The position numbers and the translations under genes are program-made. Source: a virus (lineage: Duplodnaviria; Caudoviricetes). From it: a stretch of DNA of 47,097 bases. The stretch spans positions 1 through 47,097 of IMG/VR virus record IMGVR_UViG_3300020016_000012. The stretch is one strand, 5' to 3'. Below are positions 1 to 8,809 of the stretch, one piece after another; the stretch's first letter is position 1, and each line of letters opens with the position of its first letter. The notes beneath the pieces are model-generated. The model did not search any database, was not told the DNA's origin, and saw nothing but the letters and a program-made list of their open reading frames with translations.

Positions 1-153
1 ATCGGTGGTACTGGGGGAAATAGCCGTAATCACCCAGGCAGACGTTTGAATCGTCGCCGTGGGGCTCAAGTTATCGTCGTAATCCCACGTATACACCCGG
101 CTGGCGTCTGGATCCTTCCGAATCAGGCTGCCATCGTCGACCGTCAAAGCCAT
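1..153 (-). CDS. Partial phage fibre-adaptor-like protein (runs off the left edge)
   Basis: ATG at 153 after GAGGG; MALTVDDGSLIRKDPDASRVYTWDYDDNL has the KDP-x5-Y-x2-D pattern of small phage virion proteins. Confidence 0.6.
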   Translation of the reverse strand, partial: MALTVDDGSLIRKDPDASRVYTWDYDDNLSPTATIQTSAWVITAISPSTTD

Positions 154-168
154 GGACGTTCCCTCATT

Positions 169-1782
169 TTAGACGAGCACACCACCCGCATCTTGCCGAA
201 TATGTATGGTGTCCACCTGGGGACGCACATGCACCACGACGTCTGGAACCGCAGGCGTCAGGACGACATCGCGGATGTGGAGCACCTCGGACGTGATGGT
301 GACCGACAACAGGTCAACACCGAGCGAGACAACGTCCTGAACTTTTAGAGATTCCGTCGCCGAAACCCGGAGGACCGTCAGTAGGGTCGTCAGCGTGTCT
401 TGGACGCGGCAGCTGTCTGGCGCGACCACGACGAACAAGTCCAGAATCGCCAAAACGGTATCCTGAACTTTCAGGCTTTCTTGCGTGACCGCGATCGAGC
501 GCTCTAACACCGAAGTGACTGAATCTGCGAGTTTTAGCGATTCAGTGATGTTGACGAGCAGGGTATCGAACTGCGCGCTAACGGCGTCTTGAACCTTGAG
601 CGACTCTTGCAGCGTGACTTCGCCGGCACCAGTACGAGTGACGGTCAAGTCCGTATCGAGCACCCGAACGGATTCCGTCTGGACCGTGAGCAGGAGCACC
701 GTCAGTGACGTGGTAACGACGTCCTGAACCTTGAGATTCTCATCGCCAGGGATCGCCACCAGGCCGCCACTTGACGCGATGACCGTGTCTTGGACTTTCA
801 GCGATTCCGTCAGGGAGACGAGCAACGTGTCAAGGGAGGCGGAGACAGTGTCCTGAACTTTCAGAGATTCTTGAGCAACGGTCAGCAGTAGGACCGTGAG
901 AGACGCACTGACCGTGTCCTGGACCTTGAGCACCTCGTCGGCGACGACCACAACGAGCCCACCCGTCGAGGCGATCACCGTGTCTTGGACTTTGAGGTTT
1001 TCCGTCGCTGGCACCGCAAAAAGCGGGTTCTCGCGCGCCGTGACCGCGTCCTGCACCTGCAGGAGTTCGTCAGCCACGGCGACAGCGAGCACACTCATCA
1101 ACGCACTGACGGTGTCTTGAACTTTCAGAATCTCAAACAGGCCGGTCGTGAGATCGGTGGAGAAATCCGACAGGAATAGGACTTCATCAGTGACCGCGCG
1201 TGAGAGATCGTTCCCCACCGCGATGGCTGCAGTGACGGTGTCTTGAATCTTGAGGCGTTCCTCAACAAACGGCGGTTGGTCGCTAATCCTGATGCCTTCC
1301 GAGGCGACCTGGACTGAGAACCCAGTCGTCGGCAGGCTGGCCGTGACCGTGTCCTGCACCTTGAGGGATTCAGTCAGCGGTAGCGCCAGCTCAGGATTCA
1401 GAAGGACGGTAAGAATGTCCTGGACCTTGAGTGATTCGGCGGGCAGGACGAAGCCGACAGAGGCAGAAACCGTATCGACGACGCGCAACCGTTCTTCAAT
1501 GAACGGCGATTGATCGTTGAGACGCAACCCTTCAGCGGCCACCACCACCGACAAGCCGAGCGCGACCGTCAGTGCGCTGTCATCAACCTTGAGGGGTTCC
1601 GTCGCAACCGCAATCGGCTGGGGATTCAGTCGAGGGAGCGGCGGGCTATCAGCGAGATGGAGGAGGTTTTCTTGGAGACCCGCACTGCGGGCGTTCTGAC
1701 TTTGGACCGACCGCGTGATGCCATAAATGACGTCGCGGGCTTCGGAGATTTCTTGATCGACCAGAATGGAGAGATCGGCCAT
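169..1782 (-). CDS. Repeat-rich virion fibre/decoration protein
   Basis: 537 aa; many ~20-aa repeats with core E(S/N)LKVQD(T/A)V; Val/Thr/Ser rich. Confidence 0.65.
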   Translation of the reverse strand: MADLSILVDQEISEARDVIYGITRSVQSQNARSAGLQENLLHLADSPPLPRLNPQPIAVATEPLKVDDSALTVALGLSVVVAAEGLRLNDQSPFIEERLRVVDTVSASVGFVLPAESLKVQDILTVLLNPELALPLTESLKVQDTVTASLPTTGFSVQVASEGIRISDQPPFVEERLKIQDTVTAAIAVGNDLSRAVTDEVLFLSDFSTDLTTGLFEILKVQDTVSALMSVLAVAVADELLQVQDAVTARENPLFAVPATENLKVQDTVIASTGGLVVVVADEVLKVQDTVSASLTVLLLTVAQESLKVQDTVSASLDTLLVSLTESLKVQDTVIASSGGLVAIPGDENLKVQDVVTTSLTVLLLTVQTESVRVLDTDLTVTRTGAGEVTLQESLKVQDAVSAQFDTLLVNITESLKLADSVTSVLERSIAVTQESLKVQDTVLAILDLFVVVAPDSCRVQDTLTTLLTVLRVSATESLKVQDVVSLGVDLLSVTITSEVLHIRDVVLTPAVPDVVVHVRPQVDTIHIRQDAGGVLV

Positions 1783-1988
1783 TACTGGTCACCACAAGGA
1801 GGAGGATCGCATCCAGTCTGAGTCAACGTCGCCTGCGCCGCCTGTTGTGTGGGGGAATCAGTCCCAGCGATCTCTGTGGCTTGCACCGTGACCGCGAGTT
1901 CAGCCGCGGCGCTCACGTCAGGCACGCAGTCGACGAGCTCCGCGGTGACATGGTCCGTGACGCCGAGGCCGGATTCTTCTGTCGCCAT
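1782..1988 (-). CDS. Small hypothetical protein with a similar repeat unit
   Basis: ATG at 1988; EESGLGVTDHVTA resembles the repeat unit of the downstream gene; TAATG overlap with it. Confidence 0.45.
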   Translation of the reverse strand: MATEESGLGVTDHVTAELVDCVPDVSAAAELAVTVQATEIAGTDSPTQQAAQATLTQTGCDPPPCGDQ

Positions 1989-1992
1989 CTGG

Positions 1993-2664
1993 TTAGGTCT
2001 GTAAGATCGCGGCGGGACTCCGCCCGACATTCAAGTTCCCGACCACACCACCACCGCCGGCACCTGTGACAAGAAAGTTGTCGAAGGTTGATTGCACATA
2101 CGGGGCGCCGGTATAGGCGTAGAGCCCGAACAACGTCGAGGTGTTCACCGACGCGTTGGCATGCGCCGTCGACCACGTCGTCAGCGTGGCCGAGCCGTTG
2201 CCAGAGATCGAACAATCGATATCGTTCCCATTGGTGACGACGGTCAGCGTCACGACATTCCCGAGAAAGGCCCCCGTGATCGTGGCCGTGCGCCGGATGG
2301 TATTGGACCCGCCGTTGCGTTCGATCAAGTCGATCCGATGCGTATCACCACCGCCCCCACCAGCATCCGCCTCCATCACCACGGTCCAGTTATTGTCGAT
2401 GTCCACGATCCGCACTCCAAGCCCGAGGGCATAACTCCCCGTCGCAGGAATGACAATATCGCAAGTAATCCCCACGTTTCCTGCCCCAGCATCGGCTGAG
2501 GCACCCGAGTTCACGACGCCGGACGGCGGTTGCGCGACGTCCGTCGCCCCGACCACCGTCCACGTCCCCGAGAACGAGGTCCAACCGGGCCCGACATTCA
2601 TCGTGTGCGCCGACAGATTGACGTTGCCCGCTTCCGTGAAGCTATCCGAGAGGAGTATGGCCAT
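1993..2664 (-). CDS. Putative beta-sandwich/lectin-like virion protein
   Basis: 223 aa, Gly/Thr rich; DSF near the N-terminus and FDNF near the C-terminus; lies in the fibre module. Confidence 0.55.
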   Translation of the reverse strand: MAILLSDSFTEAGNVNLSAHTMNVGPGWTSFSGTWTVVGATDVAQPPSGVVNSGASADAGAGNVGITCDIVIPATGSYALGLGVRIVDIDNNWTVVMEADAGGGGGDTHRIDLIERNGGSNTIRRTATITGAFLGNVVTLTVVTNGNDIDCSISGNGSATLTTWSTAHANASVNTSTLFGLYAYTGAPYVQSTFDNFLVTGAGGGGVVGNLNVGRSPAAILQT

Positions 2665-2862
2665 TACTTCCCCAGCAGATAAGTGCCGGCCGGGAAAAAG
2701 ATCGTCCCCCCACCAGCCGTGACGATGGTCTGTAACGCCGCTTGAATCGCCGCGGTGTCATCCGTGACTCCGTCGCCGACGATGCCGTAGTTCTTGGCGT
2801 TGTGCCAGCCCATCATCGTCGCACTTCCGTGAAGCTATCTGAGAGTAGTATGGCCATTACTT
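2631..2862. repeat. 39-bp direct repeat of a gene junction (2631-2669 / 2824-2862)
   Basis: Both copies encode K*/MAILLSDSFTE; 2 mismatches, both synonymous. Confidence 0.9.
2664..2816 (-). pseudogene. Internally deleted, diverged copy of the tailspike gene (50 aa)
   Basis: MMGWHNAKNYGIVGDGVTDDTAAIQAALQTIVTAGGGTIFFPAGTYLLGK*; 2673-2822 matches 3859-4008 at 139/150 nt and ends GK* like the full gene. Confidence 0.8.
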
Positions 2863-4122
2863 ACCAGCCACCGTCCAGTTGGTGCCGTTGTACACGGCCA
2901 ACACTGGATTCGCGCCACCACCCGCAATCGTGGCACCCCACGTCACCGTGTTGCTATCCGTCACCGGGATGACCATGCCCGCCTTCGGCGTCGTCGGCAG
3001 CGCCGAGACCGCAACTGGCATGACGAACCCACGCTGGTTTGAACAAATGAGATTGGCGCCACCACTTTTGGTAAACGTGTCCGTCTCGCTCGAGTTCGCA
3101 TTGACAACGTGATAATTCAACGTCCCGTAGAGCTGCCCACCATCATCGATGTGGTTGATCTTGTCCATCCAGCCAGCGAACTGACCGTTCGCGTTCTCAA
3201 TGTCTAATTGGCCAATGTGCAGACCGGCCGACCCACTGGCCACGGACTTAATGACACGGGCACATTCCAACGCCGTAAAGGAATGCAGCCAGTTCGGATG
3301 GGTGTTGTCGGGTTGCTCGATCGCTTCGAGACACGCGCTCGCCGTGAGATTGATCCCGTCGGTCAGGAGTTCGCCCAGGTAGTAGCCGATCGGATACCCC
3401 CAGACCATCATGTTCTGCGCACTGACGCCGACCGCTTTGTGTTGCTGCGGAAAGAGAAACGCGGCGGCACTATGCGTCGGCTGCGTGACCGTCGAATACG
3501 CCATCCCGCCGGCATGGGCCAGGAGATGGCGGAAAATCGTGTCCTGCTGATACCGGCAGTCGAGTGCGTGGTAATTCGGGTTCGCGGGGCACTGGAAAAT
3601 ACTGTCCCGCCAATCAACATGCAGATTGTTGCGCCCGGTGCCAGGACTGCGAAACACGCTGGTGTGCGTGCCCGTGGTCATCGTCGACTTAAAGATCGTG
3701 TAGCCGTCCACCGGGAGGGCTGTGAGTTCGCCAGACGTCGGCGGCGGCAAGGCCCCCAGGATCCGCAGCGTGACTTGTTGCGTCGTCGAAATCCCCGCGC
3801 CGTCACCGACGACCGGAAACTCCACTTGCGCCACCCCAGTGCCGCCTTGAGCCGTACTCAGCAGATAAGTGCCGGCCGGGAAAAAGATCGTCCCCCCACC
3901 AGCCGTGACGATGGTCTGAAACGCCGCTTGAATCGCCCCGGTATCATCCGCGACGCCATCGCCAACGATGCCGAAGTTTTTCGCATTGTGCCAGCCCATC
4001 ATCGTCGCGAATAAGTTGTCCAGCGTCAGCTTGCGATCGAGCGCGCCAGGGATCTCGACATAGGCTAACGACAAGGGCGAAGGCGCGGTCGTCGCCACTA
4101 AATCGTGGATAAGGCTAGACAT
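2857..4122 (-). CDS. Tailspike-like beta-helix protein (pectate lyase 3-type N-terminus), putative depolymerase
   Basis: NAKNFGIVGDGVADDTGAIQAA...IFFPAGTY motif; C-terminal VYNGTNW motif; likely start MSSLIHD at 4122. Confidence 0.8.
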   Translation of the reverse strand: MSSLIHDLVATTAPSPLSLAYVEIPGALDRKLTLDNLFATMMGWHNAKNFGIVGDGVADDTGAIQAAFQTIVTAGGGTIFFPAGTYLLSTAQGGTGVAQVEFPVVGDGAGISTTQQVTLRILGALPPPTSGELTALPVDGYTIFKSTMTTGTHTSVFRSPGTGRNNLHVDWRDSIFQCPANPNYHALDCRYQQDTIFRHLLAHAGGMAYSTVTQPTHSAAAFLFPQQHKAVGVSAQNMMVWGYPIGYYLGELLTDGINLTASACLEAIEQPDNTHPNWLHSFTALECARVIKSVASGSAGLHIGQLDIENANGQFAGWMDKINHIDDGGQLYGTLNYHVVNANSSETDTFTKSGGANLICSNQRGFVMPVAVSALPTTPKAGMVIPVTDSNTVTWGATIAGGGANPVLAVYNGTNWTVAGK

Positions 4123-4273
4123 AGAACAGCAGTCCGAATTGAAGGAGCCAACAGAACGGAATGCGCAACACCCGCAGCCGCGCCCGAACTGGATCCGCCC
4201 CATTGTTCAGGAGCAGATTCCCGCCGCTGTTGAGGGTCAGCGTGCCGCCGCTATTGAGAAGGAGATCGCTCAA
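4115..4273 (-). CDS. Small protein with LxLNxG repeats
   Basis: TTG start overlapping the upstream stop; SDLLLNSGGTLTLNSGGNLLLNNG. Confidence 0.5.
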   Translation of the reverse strand: MSDLLLNSGGTLTLNSGGNLLLNNGADPVRARLRVLRIPFCWLLQFGLLFYV

Positions 4274-5109
4274 TACTGCATCCCCGTGACGCGGTCGATG
4301 TGTTTGAACACGAGCGCCGTATCGATGATGTACGGAAAGTCTTTCTTCGCAAACCGGCCAAACCCAGCCTTCGTCAAGATGTCGCGCTTCATCGTCTCGG
4401 CGGACCACCACAGATCCGACGTCCCAGATGCCACATGCACGCCGCCGTTTTCAATCCAGACCCGTGACGGCTGTTGAAAAATCTTCTTGAGTGGAAACGG
4501 ATAGCCAGGCAAGGAATACGTCTCGACATCCGGTTCGCGCGCCCACGCCTCGAGGATGCTACGATGAATCAGGAGCGCCCCAGTCGGGACGCCAGACACC
4601 CAAATCACATCGCCCGGCGTCCAGTCACGGAAGGCTCGAGAGCCTGAGCCCCGGTACGCGAGGGGTTCCGGGCCGAGCAGCTTGATCCCGCCCTTCTTGC
4701 CCTTCCGTACTTCCGCAGAGCCTTTGATGTGGTAGAGACCAGACACGACGGGCGGCGCGTGTTTCCGTTCCATCTTCCAGAACCAGCGATCGAACGCGAG
4801 GAACGCATCGGCTGGAGGCACGGTGTCATCTTCAATCAGCAGCAACGCACGAAAGGCGCCGCGGAGCATCGTGTCGACGAGCATGTTCTGGGCATCGGCG
4901 ACGAGATACCCCATCGGCGTCGACCGCACCAGTGCCCAGTTCGGCGGTGACACGCATCCGACCATGGCGTTGTGCCATTCAATCCGGATCGTGCCTAGCG
5001 AGGCGGTGCCTAATAGGATGTCGACGCGATCCGCGCCAGGCTTCGGATGCACCGGCGACAGTGCCAACGCGCCGTCAGTTAACGGTCGGATCTTCGCCAT
5101 AGGTGACAT
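4270..5109 (-). CDS. GT-A fold glycosyltransferase-like protein
   Basis: VADAQN, LLLIEDD (DxD-like), VVSGLY, GVPTGALLIHRSIL, SDLWW, YIIDT..FKH match GT2-like phage enzymes. Confidence 0.75.
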   Translation of the reverse strand: MSPMAKIRPLTDGALALSPVHPKPGADRVDILLGTASLGTIRIEWHNAMVGCVSPPNWALVRSTPMGYLVADAQNMLVDTMLRGAFRALLLIEDDTVPPADAFLAFDRWFWKMERKHAPPVVSGLYHIKGSAEVRKGKKGGIKLLGPEPLAYRGSGSRAFRDWTPGDVIWVSGVPTGALLIHRSILEAWAREPDVETYSLPGYPFPLKKIFQQPSRVWIENGGVHVASGTSDLWWSAETMKRDILTKAGFGRFAKKDFPYIIDTALVFKHIDRVTGMQY

Positions 5110-5263
5110 CTATCGGCCGGCACAGATGCATCGTGGTGGACGCGTGACAATACGGACAACTACTCACCGCATCGCGAATCTGAAACGAGCGGCCATCCGG
5201 TAACGTGATGATGTACGAGCCATCGCCGCAATCATGGAAGGGACGGACGGGCGGTTTATCCAT
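5075..5263 (-). CDS. Small Cys/His-rich hypothetical protein
   Basis: ATG at 5263; HDCG...CPYC...HLC; overlaps both neighbours. Confidence 0.45.
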   Translation of the reverse strand: MDKPPVRPFHDCGDGSYIITLPDGRSFQIRDAVSSCPYCHASTTMHLCRPIDVTYGEDPTVN

Positions 5264-6017
5264 GCTTGCAGTCCGCCACACGCTGCAACCAACCCCCCGG
5301 GCACATGGTCAGAAGCCATCGCTCGGCCAACACGTCCTGACTGAACTCGCAGGGATGTTTGGCGACATAGTCTTCAATGCCGCCGCGCGCGCCGCGGTCA
5401 CCTTCAGGACCTGGCCACGAGATGTTCGTGTCCTCGACGACGAGCCAGTCGCCGACGCCGACGAGTGGCGCGTAGAGCTCGAGCTCCCTGCGCACATGGT
5501 CTGCGCTATGGTCGGCATCCAAAGAAATCAGCGTCTTGGTACCAGCTAATCCGAGCTCATCTATATCGTCGACAATGGCATTTTTCACTGCAGCATCAGT
5601 TGAGTCACCAGCAAGGAAGGTAATCTTCGGATGACTCTCAACGCGGCGGTGATCCTCAAAGTCCACACTGTAGACGTGCCCATCAATGCCCAGCATGTCC
5701 ATCAACATCGCGAACCAGAGCGCCGAGCCGCCGGCATACGTCCCAGTCTCAATCACCACACGCGGCTTATGAGAGCTCATCAATTCCTGGTACATCCACA
5801 AATCGTTGGGACACTTCATCATCCCCACCCCGAGGAAGTGGAGGTAGTGCCACGTATGCGGCGCGTTGTACCAGACGTCGTGGTATTGCTGCAGGAGTTC
5901 GGCGTGGTCTGCGCGGGTCTTGTGGACGCGCCGCGCCATCTCGGCATCGGTACAACCAGCATCTGTCTCGACAATCGTGAGCGGCTTCACACCTGGTACG
6001 ATAGCCGGGGCACTCAC
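5256..6017 (-). CDS. CmcI/cephalosporin hydroxylase-family (rhamnosyl O-methyltransferase-like) protein
   Basis: FLGVGMMKCPNDLWMYQELM, KPRVVIETGTYAGGSALWFA, LDADHSADHV..ELELYAPLV, LVVEDT; GTG start at 6017. Confidence 0.9.
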   Translation of the reverse strand: MSAPAIVPGVKPLTIVETDAGCTDAEMARRVHKTRADHAELLQQYHDVWYNAPHTWHYLHFLGVGMMKCPNDLWMYQELMSSHKPRVVIETGTYAGGSALWFAMLMDMLGIDGHVYSVDFEDHRRVESHPKITFLAGDSTDAAVKNAIVDDIDELGLAGTKTLISLDADHSADHVRRELELYAPLVGVGDWLVVEDTNISWPGPEGDRGARGGIEDYVAKHPCEFSQDVLAERWLLTMCPGGWLQRVADCKHG

Positions 6018-6538
6018 TTGCCGTGTCCATTCATAGGCTGCTTGGCCAACATCACGTTGTAGCTGATACTCCCCTGCGTGCCTGGCACCCGCGCCATCTG
6101 CAACGGCCACCACGGCTTCGGCGTCGGCCGTCCCAAATGCTTATGCAGTTCGTACATCGGCGTGCGTGGATCCAACCACGCAAACGAGGCTTCCAGCACA
6201 CGCGTCTTATGCTGTGGATCCGTCAGCCACCCTTGCGACTCGTCGCCACCATACGGCCCACTCACGTAACACACCCCACCCGGTTGCGTCACCCGCCAGA
6301 GCTCATCCCACCACGCGAAGAACTGCGCCGGTTCGACATATTCGAGGACGTGTGTCACCACAGCCGTATTGACACAGGCATCGGGTAACGGGAACGGCAA
6401 GAAACATGGGTGATGCGGCACGTCACCGGTTGGCGAGAGCACCACACTACGCGGTTGCGGCGTGCCACCGAGGCTGATGTCGAGCAGGAGGCCTTTTTTC
6501 TTTTCGACAAGTGTCTTGATCTTCGGCGACAGCTTCAC
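6014..6538 (-). CDS. Short class I SAM-dependent methyltransferase-like protein
   Basis: LDISLGG, PFPLPDACV, HVLEYV, ELWRVTQPGG, DPQHK (DPTH-like). Confidence 0.75.
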   Translation of the reverse strand: MKLSPKIKTLVEKKKGLLLDISLGGTPQPRSVVLSPTGDVPHHPCFLPFPLPDACVNTAVVTHVLEYVEPAQFFAWWDELWRVTQPGGVCYVSGPYGGDESQGWLTDPQHKTRVLEASFAWLDPRTPMYELHKHLGRPTPKPWWPLQMARVPGTQGSISYNVMLAKQPMNGHGK

Positions 6539-6819
6539 GCCTGGACCTCTTCAACCAGACGCATGGCCGGCGCGTCAGCTTGGCAACTCCAGTATTTCCC
6601 GACAATGACGGCGTGTTCGTAGCAGAACGTGCAATGACACCGAGCACAAGTTACGTCCCAGCAACCAGACATCACCTTCCCGCACCCTAGATGCTGGCAG
6701 ACCGCATCGCCGCCCCAAACCGGAATGCGGCTTCCGTCCGGATTCACATGGACACAACGAGACGTCTGATCATCGGGATCGAGTCTAGTAATCCGCCCTT
6801 GTGCGTCGCGCTCGGTCAC
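6535..6819 (-). CDS. Cys-rich zinc-finger-like hypothetical protein
   Basis: CQHLGC, CARC..FCYEH; coupled to both neighbours. Confidence 0.55.
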   Translation of the reverse strand: MTERDAQGRITRLDPDDQTSRCVHVNPDGSRIPVWGGDAVCQHLGCGKVMSGCWDVTCARCHCTFCYEHAVIVGKYWSCQADAPAMRLVEEVQA

Positions 6820-7064
6820 GCTTGCGTCTTCTTTCCGTCCGCCATATCCGCGTAGTGCGTCAACTGTTTCGCCACCGCTCGCGCATCATCCGGACTGAAG
6901 ATCAAACACGGCGCCGCCACCGAGAACTGCAACAACACTTTCTGTTCGTCGGCGTTGTAGCCGAACACGATCTGGCAGGCTTCGCCGTCCTGGCCAAGCC
7001 GCGCCGGCGCTTTCAACGTGCGCTCGACAGGGCTGAGTTTACGATTCGCTTGGGAGCGGGCCAT
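6816..7064 (-). CDS. Hypothetical protein
   Basis: 82 aa ORF in operon orientation, overlapping neighbours. Confidence 0.55.
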   Translation of the reverse strand: MARSQANRKLSPVERTLKAPARLGQDGEACQIVFGYNADEQKVLLQFSVAAPCLIFSPDDARAVAKQLTHYADMADGKKTQA

Positions 7065-7821
7065 GAAGTGCCTTGTACTGGTCGAGTTCGCTTAGCAACT
7101 GTTCCGCTTTCTTCCTTCCGATGAACACGCGATTCCTCATGTTCTCGTCTCGCGTGATCCAGCGCATATTGCCAGGTTCGTAATTTCCGTTATTGTCGAT
7201 GCGATCCAGTTGCAGTCCTGGCTCCGGCCGTCGTCCAACGCTCTTAATGAATGCTTCAAACGATGCCCGCCATTCGTCGCAGACCTTGATCCCGCGCCCA
7301 CCGTAATGCACGTAGCCAGGGTTGTTGGGATTCGTGCAACGTTGCACGATGGCTGCCCAAATCTTGTACTCAGGCCACCGCACACCGCCATGCTTTAGTG
7401 CCCGAATAGCCATCGTTTCCTGTTGATAGCATCCACAGGATCGCGTTGCATGACTCGTCAATGCCGCCCGCTGAACGATCGTCATCGCCCCGCATTCGCA
7501 TCGACACTCCCAGTAGCCGAACCACTTCCGCCCAATCTTCTTGGACGGCGCCTTCGCGACGACGGTCAACCGTCCAAACGTGCGACCGACCAGATCGATC
7601 TGCCGTGCCGCATGAACGGCCGCAAGATTCTCCCGTTGGAGACACCCACACGATTTCGTCCGACCTTCACGTAACGTCGCGAGTCGCACGCCTACGCTAT
7701 TTCCGCAATCACATCGGCAGGCAACCCACCGATGCTTTGTACGGTCACCTTTCGGCGCATCACCAACGACGACTAACCGCCCAAACCTCTGACTCGTAAC
7801 GTCTCGCTTCGGATATGGCAT
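7039..7821 (-). CDS. Free-standing HNH-type homing endonuclease
   Basis: Two FGRL...CRC(D/E)CG...SCGC repeats, then QRCTNPN..YGGRGIKVC..W and LDRIDNNGNYEPGNMRW. Confidence 0.9.
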   Translation of the reverse strand: MPYPKRDVTSQRFGRLVVVGDAPKGDRTKHRWVACRCDCGNSVGVRLATLREGRTKSCGCLQRENLAAVHAARQIDLVGRTFGRLTVVAKAPSKKIGRKWFGYWECRCECGAMTIVQRAALTSHATRSCGCYQQETMAIRALKHGGVRWPEYKIWAAIVQRCTNPNNPGYVHYGGRGIKVCDEWRASFEAFIKSVGRRPEPGLQLDRIDNNGNYEPGNMRWITRDENMRNRVFIGRKKAEQLLSELDQYKALHGPLPSES

Positions 7822-7838
7822 CCCTCACCTCTACGGCG

Positions 7839-7847
7839 AGTATACCA
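7839..7847 (-). promoter_or_regulatory. Extended -10 promoter for the HNH gene
   Basis: TGGTATACT followed by GAGGTGAGGG and the ATG at 7821. Confidence 0.55.
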
Positions 7848-7866
7848 TACAAGAGCACAGTTCTAC

Positions 7867-8791
7867 CTACGTGCTGAACACCCAGTTATATGTGACATTG
7901 TGGTACTCTAACTGACCCTATAGTCACTTAGGTTGTTTGTTACTGGCACTCGCCAGGGTTGGTCATTTCTGCCAACCTCTCACGGTTCGCGTTCCCGTGA
8001 GCCCGGAACATCGCATCTCCGTTTTGCGGAGCCTCTGGGCTTGTTCTCTCAGCCTGCACAGCGTCGGTCGCTTGCTTGGCCCTTGTTCCCGTTTCAGGAT
8101 TCAAGTCAATCACCAGAGGTTTTTCTGACCCTTACGCTGCTGCCAACAGCGTCGCCATCAGGCCCCCATCGTCGTCAAGGGCCTGGGTCGTCCCCTTCGT
8201 CGAGGACGCAAACGTCGCCAGCGATAGCGCCGTGCCGCTGCCCACCGTGGCGTTGTGGTACTGCGCGATGCAGTTCAGCGTGACGGCGTTAGAGATGGCC
8301 GTCGAGACGTACTGGAAGGACTGGGAAAGGGTCCACGTCGCCGCGAGGGACTGGACACCTGCCGAAACAGTCGCACGCGCGCCGCCGGCCGTAGAACCAG
8401 ACGTGGAGGCTGTGCCCTGCTCACTCGAGTCAATCGCCGACTTCGTGGAGAAGTTGGACGACTGCGCTTCCGTCATGTGGCCGATGCCCCAGAACCGCGC
8501 GAGGCCCAGATCCGACAGGACCGTGGCCGCTGAACTCGCGGTGGATCCCTGCGAGGACTGCAGGCCGACGAACGCACGAATCACCGCGCCGTGGCCGTAC
8601 GTGGTGATGACGTTCTCGTACCAGTCGCCGAGCTGCCGTTCGCCGGACTGGCAATCCACGAGCTCGCCGCGGACAAAGCCACGAATGCGCGAGACGTCCG
8701 CCCGGCGCATCTTTGGGACTTGGTCCTTCTTCAGAACACGATGCACCTTCCCATCATGGGTATGGATCTTGTCACCTGGCTGAAAACTCAT
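7867..8791 (-). CDS. Intron-split fibre-module structural protein (exon 1 8791-8178, exon 2 7900-7867; 215 aa spliced)
   Basis: Joining gives ...STKGTTQAL-NVTYNWVFST*, a plausible terminal strand for ENVIT-type phage fibre proteins; unspliced ORF stops at 8132. Confidence 0.75.
7901..8177 (-). ncRNA. Group I intron with no internal ORF (277 nt)
   Basis: P1 CAGGCCCU/GGGGCCUG with U.G; P2 ACGCUG/CAGCGU; P3 CCUCUGG/CCAGAGG; P7 G(A)GAACA/UGUUCC with intact G-binding pair; P8 CUCCG/CGGAG; P9 CUCACGG/CCGUGAG; GGUUGGCAGAAAUGACCAACC hairpin. Confidence 0.88.
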
Positions 8792-8809
8792 CGGCGTCTC
8801 CTTGGTCGG

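Noticed and set aside
169-1782. Recurrent ~60-nt DNA periodicity as a non-coding repeat array
   Set aside because: Explained by protein repeats (ESLKVQD) with synonymous variation.
2673-4008. Diversity-generating retroelement template/variable repeat pair
   Set aside because: The 11 differences are not adenine-specific on either strand, most are synonymous, and no reverse transcriptase is present.
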